Assembly (NCBI GenBank): GCA_038523235.1
Contig: JBCBJQ010000006.1
Span: 32,001-96,000 of the forward strand
Origin: Cyanobacteria bacterium J06626_4
GTDB lineage: Bacteria; Cyanobacteriota; Cyanobacteriia; Phormidesmidales; Phormidesmidaceae
Length of the DNA stretch: 64,000 nt
Direction of reading: 5' to 3'
Shown: positions 19,803-30,353 of the stretch, in pieces
Numbering within the stretch: position 1 is the first letter of the stretch
How the letters are laid out: every line of letters starts with the position of its first letter
The notes under the pieces: generated by a model
What the model saw: the letters and a program-made list of their open reading frames with translations, nothing else
Told to the model about the DNA's origin: nothing
Database searches by the model: none
Translations under genes and position numbers: made by a program

Positions 19803-19835
19803 GGGCTTCTCCTTGGTGGATACCCAGAGAAGCCC
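19803..19835. terminator. Hairpin between convergent genes
   Basis: GGGCTTCTC...GAGAAGCCC. Confidence 0.5.
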
Positions 19836-19965
19836 CTAATTTACTGGGAGACGCATCGAGATGGCGCTCCCGATGCTGAGCCGGACTCGACGACCATAAA
19901 GAGGGTAGAGGGCGTCAAATTTGGAACCGGCTACCGGCTCCTAGCGAGATCGCCGAAGCCTGCGG

Positions 19966-20835
19966 TCAAGCAAACACGACGGTACGGTTGCCATAGACCA
20001 AGACTCGGTTTTGCAAATGCAGCCGTACGCCACGTGACAGCACAATTCTTTCTAAATCTTTGCCTTTGCGAATGAGGTCTTTGACATCATCGCGGTGAGT
20101 GATTCGCACCACATCCTGCTCGATGATCGGGCCCGCATCGAGCGCTTCGGTGACATAGTGAGCCGTCGCGCCAATAATTTTGACGCCCCGCTCATGGGCA
20201 CGGTGATAGGGTTGCGCCCCCATAAATGCGGGCAAAAATGAGTGGTGAATATTGACGACATTGGCAAATTGCCGCAAAAAGTCGCCACTTAAAATCTGCA
20301 TGTATTTAGCCAGTACGACTAAATCAATGTCGTATTGCTTGAGGAGGGCAAGCTGTTGCGCTTCTTGCTCAGCTCGAGTGGCCTTGCTAATCGGCACGTG
20401 GTGAAAGGCGATGTTGAACTGGTCGGCGATGGGCTTTAGGGTCTCGTGATTGCTGATAATCAGCGGAATTTCGGCGGCAAACTCCTGAGCCTGATGCCGC
20501 CACAGCAAATCTAGCAGGCAGTGATTTTGGCGACTGACCCAGATGGCCAAGCGCGGCATCGCGTCAGAAAAACAGAGCCGCCAGTCAGCCTGCAGGGGCT
20601 GCGCGATCGCGTTAAATGCGGGGCCAATTAAGTCGCGGGGCAGATTAAACCCGGCCAGACTCCATTCAATGCGCGACAAAAATAGGCCGCTGGCCCCATC
20701 ACGATGCTGATCGGCATGGATGATGTTGCCGCCATTAGAGTAGATAAAGTTGGCAATTTTAGCCACCAATCCCTGCTGGTCAGGGCAAGAAATCAGCAGC
20801 GTAGCAGAAGGATAAAGCGTCGGTGGCGTCGTCAT
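19966..20835 (-). CDS. purU: Formyltetrahydrofolate deformylase
   Basis: ACT domain CPDQQGLVA, LAKYMQIL, NIHHSFLPAF, GATAHYVT, DAGPIIEQ. Confidence 0.96.
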   Translation of the reverse strand: MTTPPTLYPSATLLISCPDQQGLVAKIANFIYSNGGNIIHADQHRDGASGLFLSRIEWSLAGFNLPRDLIGPAFNAIAQPLQADWRLCFSDAMPRLAIWVSRQNHCLLDLLWRHQAQEFAAEIPLIISNHETLKPIADQFNIAFHHVPISKATRAEQEAQQLALLKQYDIDLVVLAKYMQILSGDFLRQFANVVNIHHSFLPAFMGAQPYHRAHERGVKIIGATAHYVTEALDAGPIIEQDVVRITHRDDVKDLIRKGKDLERIVLSRGVRLHLQNRVLVYGNRTVVFA

Positions 20836-20926
20836 AGCAATTGGACCAGTTGGGCCGGTTGAGTCCCTGAATAGCCATTAACCAGAGTACCTGCAAGCAG
20901 CTTTTTGAGATCCTTTGCCGCTGGGT

Positions 20927-21694
20927 TTAGGAGTCGTCCGGCTCGTCAGGAGGAGAGACATCGTCAGACTCAATGGCATCATCCGGTTCCTCACTGGCCT
21001 CACCATCATCAGCGGGGGCGGCTTCGCTGTCAGCCGCCGCTTCGTTATCTGGGGCAGCATCGTCAGGATTAGTCGCATCTGCAGGGTCGGTATCATCCTC
21101 GGCGGCGGGCGCTTCGTCGATCACGGCCTGCCACTCTTCTAAAGGGCGATCGACGCCGTTACGAATATTTTCTGTAACGATGGCGGCGTCGAGGTCGCCG
21201 GTGGTTTCAGACAGCGGCAGAGTTTCAGGGTCGATCAGCGCGTAATAGTTGCGACCACTAAAATCAGCCGCGCCTAGCACCAACTGGTGAGTCGTTGCGT
21301 CCGCCAGGGTGAGATCCACCGTGGCAAAGGGGGCATCAAGGCCAAACTCGGCCGGGTCACTGACTTCAATTGTCGTGGTCTGAACTAAACCATCGGTTGT
21401 TAAACGACTGAGCAAAAAGGCGATCGCGGCTTCCTCGGCAGGCTGTTGCTGAGGTTGCGTCATCTGCCAAAAGCCGCCTTCACCCCGCTCAAAAACCACG
21501 GTTTGATCCTGGGTTTCGATGCTTAACCCCACCACGTCGGCTTCTTTAAACTCAAACACTGGGGTCGCGGCGGCATTAGACTGCCCGGTAGTTGACCGAG
21601 TGGGGTTGCCCTGGCGGGCTTGCGTAAACAGCACTACGCCCCCCATCACCAGGGCAGTCGCCACCAAAATCATCGTGCTGCGCTGTAGTTTCAT
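20927..21694 (-). CDS. DUF4340-like membrane-anchored protein with acidic tail
   Basis: N-terminal TM, W.MT.P, EFGLDAP, LVLG; last gene of a Gld-like ABC operon. Confidence 0.75.
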   Translation of the reverse strand: MKLQRSTMILVATALVMGGVVLFTQARQGNPTRSTTGQSNAAATPVFEFKEADVVGLSIETQDQTVVFERGEGGFWQMTQPQQQPAEEAAIAFLLSRLTTDGLVQTTTIEVSDPAEFGLDAPFATVDLTLADATTHQLVLGAADFSGRNYYALIDPETLPLSETTGDLDAAIVTENIRNGVDRPLEEWQAVIDEAPAAEDDTDPADATNPDDAAPDNEAAADSEAAPADDGEASEEPDDAIESDDVSPPDEPDDS

Positions 21695-21698
21695 CGGT

Positions 21699-23669
21699 TT
21701 ACCGTCGCCGCCAGGCCATCAAAATTGCCAATGCTAGCCCCGTCGCCGGCAGCACCAACAGCGAAAAAATGCTCAGCCCCCAAGCCTGCTGCCCCGTCAT
21801 TGACAGGCGGCGATCAGTGACGGTTTTAGGCCGAATCGAAAGGGTGGCATCGCTCTCTTGCCCTAACCAGTTCACCGCATTGAGAAACACGTCGCCGTTG
21901 AGCTGTTGGTCAAAGGAACCATCGATCGCGAAGCTGGTGTTGCCAATCACCACTAGGCGAGATTCATCGGCTAGTGACTCAGTCGCCGTCGGGTCTGTCG
22001 AGTCTTCTTCTGCCAACGGGGCTGCACCATCGGGAGCGTCCGGAGAGGCCGGGTCATCGGGGACAGCTGCCGTCGTCGCGTCTGAATCGGTATCTTCTGC
22101 CGCTGCTCCTTCAGTGGCCAGAGATTCTGTCTCGGGCTCAGGCTCGGCGTCACCGGCTTCATCCGTGACGCTTTCATCGGTCACGGCGCTATCGGCTTCT
22201 GGGTCAGCAGTCGGGGCGGCCTCAGGCTCAGCGGCCTCAACTGCGGCAGCAGCATCAACGGCGGATTCCGTTTCACTTGCCTCGGCCCCCGGTGCCGCTG
22301 CGTCCACGTCGCCCTCATTAGCCTCAGCGTCCTCGCCCTCATCAGCCTCGGCCGTCACTGGTGCAGGCGTCATGGCAGTGGGATCGGCAGGACGACTGAG
22401 AGCCACACCCAACACATACGGCCCATCAGCCGGGGCATTGGGGTCAAAATTGAGATCGCCCGTATCCGAAATTGCTTCGGCGCGGCTTTGTGGATCGGTT
22501 AGCAAGAGCGGCGTGGTAGTGGTATCAGGCAGCTCTCGGCTTTCGATCGGGCGCGCTAGCGGAAAAAAGGAACGACCATCACCAAAGTCTTGGGTAATGG
22601 GGTGATCGCCATAGTTGCTCACGATGGGAGCTGCTGGGCCAAGCCCGACAAACTGACCGGCCCCCGAGGTGTCGAGCACCAGTCGATCGTCTAAAACAAC
22701 GCCCCAATCATCGAGCAGGACATTGAGCCCCCCGTCCGATCGCGGATCAAGCATCAACAGCAGCCCGCCCCCGGCTGAGAGATAGGCTTCCAGCGCCGCC
22801 ACTTCGGCAGCGAAAAAATCTTGAGCTGGGCCCGCCACGACGACGACATCGGCATCGGCGGGCACCGTGCGCGCAGCGGCCAAATTCAGGGTCTGCACCT
22901 GGTAATCTTGGCCGGTCAGGGCCGCTACTGCTTGCCCCAGTTGCGCCTCTGGCCCTTCAATCAGCGGTTCGTCATGGCCTTGCACAAAATACACCGCCAG
23001 GGTGCGATCGCTGACAATTTGGTCGAGGGCATTGGTGAGCTGCCGTTCTGACAGGGTGGCGGCAGCGCCCGGGTTGGCCGCATTGGCCGTGCTGCCAATG
23101 GTTTGCAAAAAGCGGCGCTCTTCACCCACCACCACAAACACCATGCCTGCTTGGGTTGCCCCAAACGCTTGCGATCGAGTGGGATTTGCCACCGGATCAA
23201 CATATTCAAAGGTGAAGTTGTTGCTGGCCTGACGATAGCTTTCCAGGAGCTGGACGTCCTGAGGATTTTGCACCGCGTCAAAGACCACAACCTGCACCGG
23301 CGCTTCCAGCGCTTGCACAACTGTCTTCGAGGCGGGAGCCAGCGTAAACAGCTGGGTTTCGGTGAGGTCAAACCGGGCGGCATTTTGTACGGCGACAAAG
23401 TTCACCAACCCGAGAATCACTAGGACTGCGAGGGTGGCGATCGCGGCATTGGTCCCAGCCTGAGTCGAACGCTGCTGCCAAAACGCCCCGGCTGATTTGC
23501 CGCTAAAGCTCAACCCCAGCAGCAACAGGGCCACTCCCGCCACGAGCAAAATCGTCGGCAACAGCTGCCAGCCCGAGAGGTTACCCGCGACGAATCCCGC
23601 CGTGGCGCTGGCGAGCCCTGGCCAGGTGAGAAACTTGAGCCACTTTTCTGAAACTGCAATTCGTTTCAT
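21699..23669 (-). CDS. GldG-like auxiliary component of an ABC-type system
   Basis: RFDLTETQLFTL, YFVQGHDE, HPIT, RLVVIG, FLNAVNWL, C-terminal TM + WRRR. Confidence 0.85.
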   Translation of the reverse strand: MKRIAVSEKWLKFLTWPGLASATAGFVAGNLSGWQLLPTILLVAGVALLLLGLSFSGKSAGAFWQQRSTQAGTNAAIATLAVLVILGLVNFVAVQNAARFDLTETQLFTLAPASKTVVQALEAPVQVVVFDAVQNPQDVQLLESYRQASNNFTFEYVDPVANPTRSQAFGATQAGMVFVVVGEERRFLQTIGSTANAANPGAAATLSERQLTNALDQIVSDRTLAVYFVQGHDEPLIEGPEAQLGQAVAALTGQDYQVQTLNLAAARTVPADADVVVVAGPAQDFFAAEVAALEAYLSAGGGLLLMLDPRSDGGLNVLLDDWGVVLDDRLVLDTSGAGQFVGLGPAAPIVSNYGDHPITQDFGDGRSFFPLARPIESRELPDTTTTPLLLTDPQSRAEAISDTGDLNFDPNAPADGPYVLGVALSRPADPTAMTPAPVTAEADEGEDAEANEGDVDAAAPGAEASETESAVDAAAAVEAAEPEAAPTADPEADSAVTDESVTDEAGDAEPEPETESLATEGAAAEDTDSDATTAAVPDDPASPDAPDGAAPLAEEDSTDPTATESLADESRLVVIGNTSFAIDGSFDQQLNGDVFLNAVNWLGQESDATLSIRPKTVTDRRLSMTGQQAWGLSIFSLLVLPATGLALAILMAWRRR

Positions 23670-23721
23670 AAATGTAATGACGTCGTGATGACCAACGGTA
23701 TAAAAGGAGGCTGAGCCAGCC

Positions 23722-24537
23722 TTAATTGCGCTGAAACCGCAAGGCTTCGATGGACTGAGCCGTCAAAAAAAGTCCTAACAGAATATAGGACAAAAACAGC
23801 ACGACACTGCTGGTGTCGAGAATGCCCTGGGTGAAATCGTTGAAATGCTGCAGCATCGATAAATGGTTGAGCGCTGTCCCTAAACCACCGGGAATCGCGC
23901 GAGCCACAGCATCCACAATCCACAAAAAGATCACTAGCGCAAAGGTCAAAATCGCCGCGATGACTGTGCTGCTCGTGAGGGAAGAGACAAACATGCCCAA
24001 TGACAGGATGCTAGTGGCCAGTAAGATCAGCCCCAGGTTGCCGACAACTAGCAGGGTTGGAGCTACGGCAGGCTCGGCGGTGCCCAGGGCGATCGCCACG
24101 CAAAGCATGAGCGGCAGCACCATGCCGATGTAAAACGTCACCACCGCCAGCAACTTGCCCAGCGCCACGACCCAGTTCATCACCGGTGACGTCGCCAAGA
24201 GTTCTAAAGTTCCTTGCTTGCGCTCTTCGGCATAGAGCCCCATTGAGAGAATCGGCAGCACAAACATCGACAGCGAACCTAAGACACCTAAATACCCGCG
24301 CAGAAACTCATAGGCGATATCGATCGGAGCCAGGGCAACCCCCATCTGCAGGGCCTGGTCGCGCTGGGCCACCTGGGCTAACAGCCCCTCTGGACTAAAC
24401 AGCACCAGCACCAAAAAGAAGCCCCCCAGCAGCCAAAAAATGGCGGCAATCACATAGGCCAGCGGCGCCGCAAAGTAGCTCTGCAGCTCCCGCCGATAGA
24501 CCGCGAACAAACTGCTGATAACCTGTTTTACTGCCAT
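23722..24537 (-). CDS. ABC-2 type permease (GldF-like)
   Basis: RRELQSYF, AEERKQGTLELL, KLLA. Confidence 0.9.
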   Translation of the reverse strand: MAVKQVISSLFAVYRRELQSYFAAPLAYVIAAIFWLLGGFFLVLVLFSPEGLLAQVAQRDQALQMGVALAPIDIAYEFLRGYLGVLGSLSMFVLPILSMGLYAEERKQGTLELLATSPVMNWVVALGKLLAVVTFYIGMVLPLMLCVAIALGTAEPAVAPTLLVVGNLGLILLATSILSLGMFVSSLTSSTVIAAILTFALVIFLWIVDAVARAIPGGLGTALNHLSMLQHFNDFTQGILDTSSVVLFLSYILLGLFLTAQSIEALRFQRN

Positions 24538-24564
24538 AACACTCCTGGGAATGACTGCTGAGGA

Positions 24565-25629
24565 TTACGGGGTCTCGGTGGAAATTGAGGCATCCGTCTG
24601 AGGGGTCGACGGCGCCGCCTCAGCGGGCATACCCGCCGCGCTAGCCTTCACCCCGGCGGATGGGGTAGACGGCGCGACCGATGGTTCGACCGCTTCTTCG
24701 GTCGTCAGGTTGAGAAACACATCTTCTAAGCTGGCCTGATGACGGCGCAGCTCGCATAGGCCAAAGCCAGCTCGCACTAGCGTTGCCGCGATCGCCTCAC
24801 CCGGGTCACGCGCCGCGGCCTTGAGCGTAAACCGATAGCGCGAATCCATCTGCGTTGACGAGGTGGAGAGGGCCACAGCGGCCACCCCCGGCACCGCTGC
24901 CAACGTCTGCTGTACGGCGGCAGGGGCCCCGCGCACCTCGAGGTCGTAGCTCACGGCTCCCGTCAGCTGCTCCATCAGTGCCCCCAGCTTGCCAGCGGCG
25001 ACGAGCTGGCCGCGATTAATGATGGCGACCCGATTGCAGGTGGCATCAACCTCCGGCAGGATGTGGGTTGACAGAATGATGGTGTGATCACCCGCTAAAC
25101 TGCGAATGAGCTCTCGCACCTCGCGATTTTGACGCGGATCAAGACCGGAGGTCGGTTCGTCTAGCACGATGACTGGCGGATCGTGGACGATCGCCTGGGC
25201 GATACCCACCCGCTGCCGATAGCCCTTCGAGAGCTTGCGGATTAACACGGACTGCTTTTCTTCTAAGCCACAGCGGCGAATCGCGTGGCTCACCCGTCCA
25301 GGGCGATCGCCCGCCGCGACCCCTTTGATGCGCGCCACAAAGTGCAGAAAGGCGGTGACCGTCATATCGGGATACAGCGGCGGGCGTTCGGGCAGGTAGC
25401 CGATCCGCTGGCGCACCGCTAGCGAATCAGTGTGCACATCAAACTCGGCCACGCGGGCTGTGCCGCTGGTAGCCGGCAGATAACCGGTCAAAATGCGCAT
25501 GGTGGTCGTTTTGCCGGCGCCATTGGGCCCCAAAAAGCCCAAAATTTCACCGGGCTCCACGCGAAAGGAGACGGCCTGCAGGGCCACCGTAGAACCGTAA
25601 ACTTTATGGAGGTCGTCAACTTCAATCAT
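24565..25629 (-). CDS. ABC ATP-binding subunit (GldA-like)
   Basis: GPNGAGKTT, LSKGYRQR, LDEPTSGLDP. Confidence 0.93.
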   Translation of the reverse strand: MIEVDDLHKVYGSTVALQAVSFRVEPGEILGFLGPNGAGKTTTMRILTGYLPATSGTARVAEFDVHTDSLAVRQRIGYLPERPPLYPDMTVTAFLHFVARIKGVAAGDRPGRVSHAIRRCGLEEKQSVLIRKLSKGYRQRVGIAQAIVHDPPVIVLDEPTSGLDPRQNREVRELIRSLAGDHTIILSTHILPEVDATCNRVAIINRGQLVAAGKLGALMEQLTGAVSYDLEVRGAPAAVQQTLAAVPGVAAVALSTSSTQMDSRYRFTLKAAARDPGEAIAATLVRAGFGLCELRRHQASLEDVFLNLTTEEAVEPSVAPSTPSAGVKASAAGMPAEAAPSTPQTDASISTETP

Positions 25630-25869
25630 GGGCCAAGGACAGTCCTAACTGGGCTGGCGCGTTTTACAGTATACGTATAGCGATGTGTGCGATCGAAGGG
25701 TTCTACATTAGCAGCTCTCGTTAAAATTGGGCCGATTGCTCAAGGCGATGCCGTTAATTCCAGTGACGTCTGACCCGAGGGCGATCGCAACCCTGGCAGA
25801 CGCTGACGTACAGTAAGCTCAAATCCTTCCCTTGCCCGCTGACCGCAACCTTGTCTTTTTCCCAAACTC

Positions 25870-26340
25870 ATGACCGAAACGCCTGATTCGCCTATTACCG
25901 CTGATTCGTCCTTGGATGAGGAACTGCCGATTGGGCCGGGGGCATCTTTCACCTTCCTCTATTACTTCTCCACGGCGGCTTTCATCACCGCTTTGTTCAC
26001 GGCAAGAACCCTAGGCGTTGGCATCATGACGCCTTTGCCAGTGGAATTTGCGGTGGCAGGCGGTGCCATCGGCAGTGCCTTAGGCGTCATTTTTAACCGC
26101 TCCAGTACGCTGACCATACCGGTGACGAGTCCCAAAAAGTTTCGCCAAGAGGTGACTCGGGTGCTGGGTGAAATGGGGTACTCACTGCAGGCGACTGAGG
26201 GTAGCGTCTCACGCTATCAAAAAGCCAACGCCAGTCGTTTTTTTGCCGGGGATATCTATGTGCAGCCGCGACCAGACACGACGGTTTTTGTCAGTCGGGC
26301 CAGCAATATTCGCACCCTCAAGCGGCGACTCTCGCCTTAG
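25870..26340 (+). CDS. Hypothetical membrane protein
   Basis: Two TM segments, ATG start. Confidence 0.7.
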   Translation: MTETPDSPITADSSLDEELPIGPGASFTFLYYFSTAAFITALFTARTLGVGIMTPLPVEFAVAGGAIGSALGVIFNRSSTLTIPVTSPKKFRQEVTRVLGEMGYSLQATEGSVSRYQKANASRFFAGDIYVQPRPDTTVFVSRASNIRTLKRRLSP

Positions 26341-26750
26341 TCTCAGCAGATTTCTGGAGTCGACCACTCAGGAGGAGCTGGTGCATGATGCGCAGCCGTA
26401 CGCCCCGGCAGCAAGAGTGCTGGCCTGAGCACCGCCCTGATCAACGAATCCTGGAAATTAGTAGAGTCCACAGATAGCCCTAGCATCCTCGAATTCTGCA
26501 AGCAGCTGCATCTGGTTTTTCCAGGACTTTAGAGGTGAGGAACCCAAACCGGACACAACTGCGGAGATCCTGAGGAGGAAGCAGGCAGGATTGTTTTATG
26601 GTGACAAGAGAGAAAACAGGTGACCGTCCCCTGCCGATCGGTCGGGACGCCGGACTGAAATGCTGAGCCGGTTGTGAAATCAGCATCTGACCTTTCTGGC
26701 TCACAAATGCCGCCACTGTTAAGGATGAGAGAACGAGAGCGATCGCGCCC

Positions 26751-26996
26751 ATGGCCAAAAAACAAAAGTTTCCCCACTTAATCGGGTCAAAATGGACAGC
26801 GCAGCAAAAAACCTTTGGCTGGCGGCACTTTCACGTCGTCAATCGCAAAAATCAAGACGGCTTAGTCTTTGCTGAAATGGTAGCTGCCTGCGACCCCGAA
26901 GTCCGCTTTTGGGTCAATGCTAAGGGCCTCAAAAATCCGACCGTCTGGACGGCCGGGTGGAAATCTCGCCAAGAACAAGCAAGCCCCATTATGTAA
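26751..26996 (+). CDS. Trp-rich conserved protein (TIGR02450-like)
   Basis: LIGSKWTA, WRHF, L....W..GW. Confidence 0.8.
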   Translation: MAKKQKFPHLIGSKWTAQQKTFGWRHFHVVNRKNQDGLVFAEMVAACDPEVRFWVNAKGLKNPTVWTAGWKSRQEQASPIM

Positions 26997-27045
26997 AAAA
27001 TTGTTAAGCTACAGAAGCAGCAAGTTGAGACGATTTTCTTAAGTT

Positions 27046-27375
27046 ATGTTCTCTCCCGACTCTTCGCACCCGCCCGAGCAGCCCTTAGTGCAGACTGTGC
27101 TTGAGCCTCTGCTCGAAGACTTTGAGTACTGGTTTGGTGAAACCCTAGTGCTCCTAGCTTCTGTGCCCGCCCAGTGCCTTGAGCCCGATGAGCGAGCAGC
27201 ACTCACGACGCAACTGATGACAGCGCAACAAGAGGTGGCGACGGCCAAAACCCTCTTGCTAGCTACAGACGGCCAAGCGGGCGTCGATATCGCGATCGTC
27301 GGTCAGTGGCACCGATTGGTCAGCCGCTGTTGGCAAACCTCCCGATACGTTCGCCAGCATCGTCAAGCCGATTAA
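27046..27375 (+). CDS. DUF2605-like protein
   Basis: VLEPLLEDFEYWF, QAGVD, WHRLV..CW. Confidence 0.8.
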   Translation: MFSPDSSHPPEQPLVQTVLEPLLEDFEYWFGETLVLLASVPAQCLEPDERAALTTQLMTAQQEVATAKTLLLATDGQAGVDIAIVGQWHRLVSRCWQTSRYVRQHRQAD

Positions 27376-27610
27376 GGTCCGAACCGAGCAGTCTCTGGTT
27401 TCAATTCTTGCCTTCAACCTTGGATTCATCTCTCCGTGCTCAGACAGTGGCAAAGTTGTCTCAAAATCAACGTTTTTGCAGATGACCTAAAATTGAGCGG
27501 CGGCTTTCGATAAACTGAAGCTAGAGATGCGTTGCGATCAATCTGCTCTATTCGTTTGGTCATCCAACCTTTCCATTGCAAAGCCCTTAGGGAGCAACCT
27601 TTACAAAACT

Positions 27611-27910
27611 ATGCTGCACGCTCTTTATCTCATTGCCTTCACAGTTTTGTCGGCATTGGCAATCAGTAATCTGATTCGCAATATCATGATGTTCGGCACT
27701 GATGCCCGCCGCGACCCGCGTCAATCCTCCAACAAATCATCGAATCGTTCGACACCTCACCCCGAAATGCTGAATGACAAAGGGCAGGTTTTGGATGAAC
27801 CGCTATTAGTGATGAAGTCCATCTCGCTCGAAGATGCCCGCGAGCAGCTGGATGCCCTTTACGATGGGTCTTCGAATGGGGCTGACAGTGCGGCTGACGA
27901 AGAGGCCTAG
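27611..27910 (+). CDS. DUF2973-like protein
   Basis: MLHALYLIAF..A..NLIR, HPEML, EPLLVM. Confidence 0.8.
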   Translation: MLHALYLIAFTVLSALAISNLIRNIMMFGTDARRDPRQSSNKSSNRSTPHPEMLNDKGQVLDEPLLVMKSISLEDAREQLDALYDGSSNGADSAADEEA

Positions 27911-28155
27911 CAACGAGCACGAACGCTGGAGGCGATCGCGAGATTAGGCAGTCGCTCAAGAGCAGTTGCCGGGTCTCAGGCGAGCCCTTGGGCAATACTC
28001 TTTCCCCGAAAATTGAAATGGCTACATGAGTCAGCTTAATTTGCCTTGATGGCTAAATGAGCTGACTTTTGTTGATCTGAGCAGAACTCCTCAGTCCTCC
28101 CGCTGAGAGTGGTTCAACCCACCCCATTCGCCCCTCCCCAGAGGGAAAAGAAACG

Positions 28156-28198
28156 GGAGTGTCTGACCGAACTGGCGTTCAGTTCGGTCAGACACTCC
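28156..28198 (-). terminator. Intrinsic terminator downstream of the DUF11 cluster
   Basis: 19-bp perfect stem GGAGTGTCTGACCGAACTG / CAGTTCGGTCAGACACTCC followed by a T-rich tract on the minus strand. Confidence 0.75.
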
Positions 28199-28304
28199 AG
28201 AGTGCTGAAATCGTGATGCGACGAGCCTCCCAATTTCGCATTCCGATCGCGGCATTCCGTCGGGTCTTGCCCGGCGCGACGGATATTCTGCTTCACTCCT
28301 CAAT

Positions 28305-30353
28305 TTAAGGCAAGCGAACGCGGAAGCGAATCGCCCCAAACTGATTGGCCGGGACGTCAAAGGCACCCGCCACCACGCCACCGCCGGCACCAACGCCCAG
28401 GCCACCAGTGGGACCGGGTGGCCCCAGCGGAAAGCTCCCCGGTGCCGAGAGACAAGAACTCTCTAACGGCGCGCCGGGCGATCGCCCCTGCACCTGCGAT
28501 CCGCCGCCGAAAAATAGCGGCGGCGATAGCGGCCGAACCGACGAGAGCTGGAGCCCTGCTGCGGTGTTGAGCACGCTAGGCGGCTGTAACTCGTCACACA
28601 CTTGGACCTGATTCACGGTGCTACCGCCGTTGTTCCAGAAGTAAATGGTGTATTCCACTTCGTCATCAGGCTGCAGGGCAAACCCGGCAGGCAAGGCCAC
28701 AATACCCGGCAGAGCGTTGCCGCCCCCCAGAGCCGAGTTCAGCGCATTATCATCGACAAACCCAGCTTGGTCGTTAAATTGAGTCAGTCCAGTCACCGCC
28801 ACTGGTGCTCCCTGCCGGAAAACATTGCTGATCCGTTTGACCACCACGAGGTTGGGGCCGGTATTAACAAACAACGTCGTCGGCGTGTTGTTGTTGTTGG
28901 GGTTGCCATCGTTGTCGGGGTCAACATTGTTGCCATCTTGAGAGACATCCGTCACCGGATCGCCCCCGCCGAGGGGTGTTCCACTGGCCGCCGCCAAGTT
29001 TTGCGCTTCTAAGATGCCGTCATTGAGTCCGTCAACTGACGGTCCCGCTCCCGTTGCGCCCAAGTCGGCCTGCACGGTCACGACCACCGTGGCCGATTCT
29101 CCCGGGGCAAATTGATTTGCACTGGTGGCATCAAACAGCGTTGTGACCGACACCCCGTTGTAGACAGGATTGGCAACTGGCGCGATGGCAGGTGTCCCCG
29201 CCGGGAAGCTGACCGCCACATTTTGGACAGTAAAACTATCCGCGCGGTTGAAAGCATTCGTAATCAAAACCGCCTGCAAATCTTCCGTTAACTGAACGTT
29301 ATCCAACGCAATGGTGCCAGTATTAACAACCGTGATGGTGTAGGTAAACTCATAGGTGGTGCCCCCAATCAGCGTGGCTGGACTGACAGACTTAGCCACG
29401 CCAATGCTCGGAATGCGAATGCGGTTAGACGTGTTGTTGTTAGTCGGGTCACCATCCCCGTCGGGGTCAACATCACTACCGGCTTGAGACACATCCGTCA
29501 CCGGGCCGACGCCAGGGGGCGTCCCTGTAGCGATGGCACTGTTGTCAATATCGACGCTGTTATCAGAGGACAGATCTAAGCGGGTCGTAATCGTGATGAT
29601 GGCGGTGTCACCAGGATTGAAGTTGCTGCCGGTGCTGAATAAACCAACATCCGTATTGCCGTCATAAGCACCGTTGAAGGTGGGCGCCGTGCCGGAACCG
29701 GTAAAAGTGATCGGGTTGGTCAGGGTGACGCTGACGATGGCATCGGCACCGTCGCTGGGGGCACCGTTGACGGTGGGATTATCGACAAAAACCTCTTGCA
29801 GATCTTCGGCAATTTGCACGTTGGCCAGGGGCGTATTGCCGGTGTTTCTCACGACAAAAGTGAGATCGACATCGAACAGGCCGGGCGACCCCGCAACGGG
29901 CCGCAGCGCTGAGTTGGTTTTAGCCAGGCCAATACTCGGGGCCGGAATCAGCGTCCGTTTGACCACGGACTGGGTCGTGGGAGTTAGCGTCGCGCCCGGC
30001 ACTCCTTCATTCACGGCCTGCTGTCGCACCCGAGCATCGACAAAGGAGGTGCCAGTAATCGTCGTGACATCGACCGGCGGGGCTCCAGCTTGGGGCGTAA
30101 CACACAAAAAGAAGGTGACCGATTGGCCCGGTAGCAAAACACCCGTATCGACGACCCCATCACCATCGCTATCGGTCAACGGATTGCCGTTGACGTCTCT
30201 CAACTGGGCCACCACGTTGGCGGCGGTGCCCGTGGCGACGAGGTTGACGATGTCGTTGGTAAAAAAGTTGTTGGTTACCGTGAACGGGTGACAGACCTCG
30301 CTGCCAATGGTGGTGGTCAACGTCGTGTCTTCGACAATGGTAAAGTTACCTGC
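28305..30353. repeat. Copy 1 of a roughly 2.05 kb direct repeat (stalk-coding region)
   Basis: Colinear with 31580-33628 at a constant 3275-nt offset at the positions checked; differences mostly synonymous. Confidence 0.9.

Noticed and set aside
21769..22605. 278-aa Ser/Ala-rich plus-strand ORF
   Set aside because: It is the antisense of the acidic insertion in the GldG-like gene.
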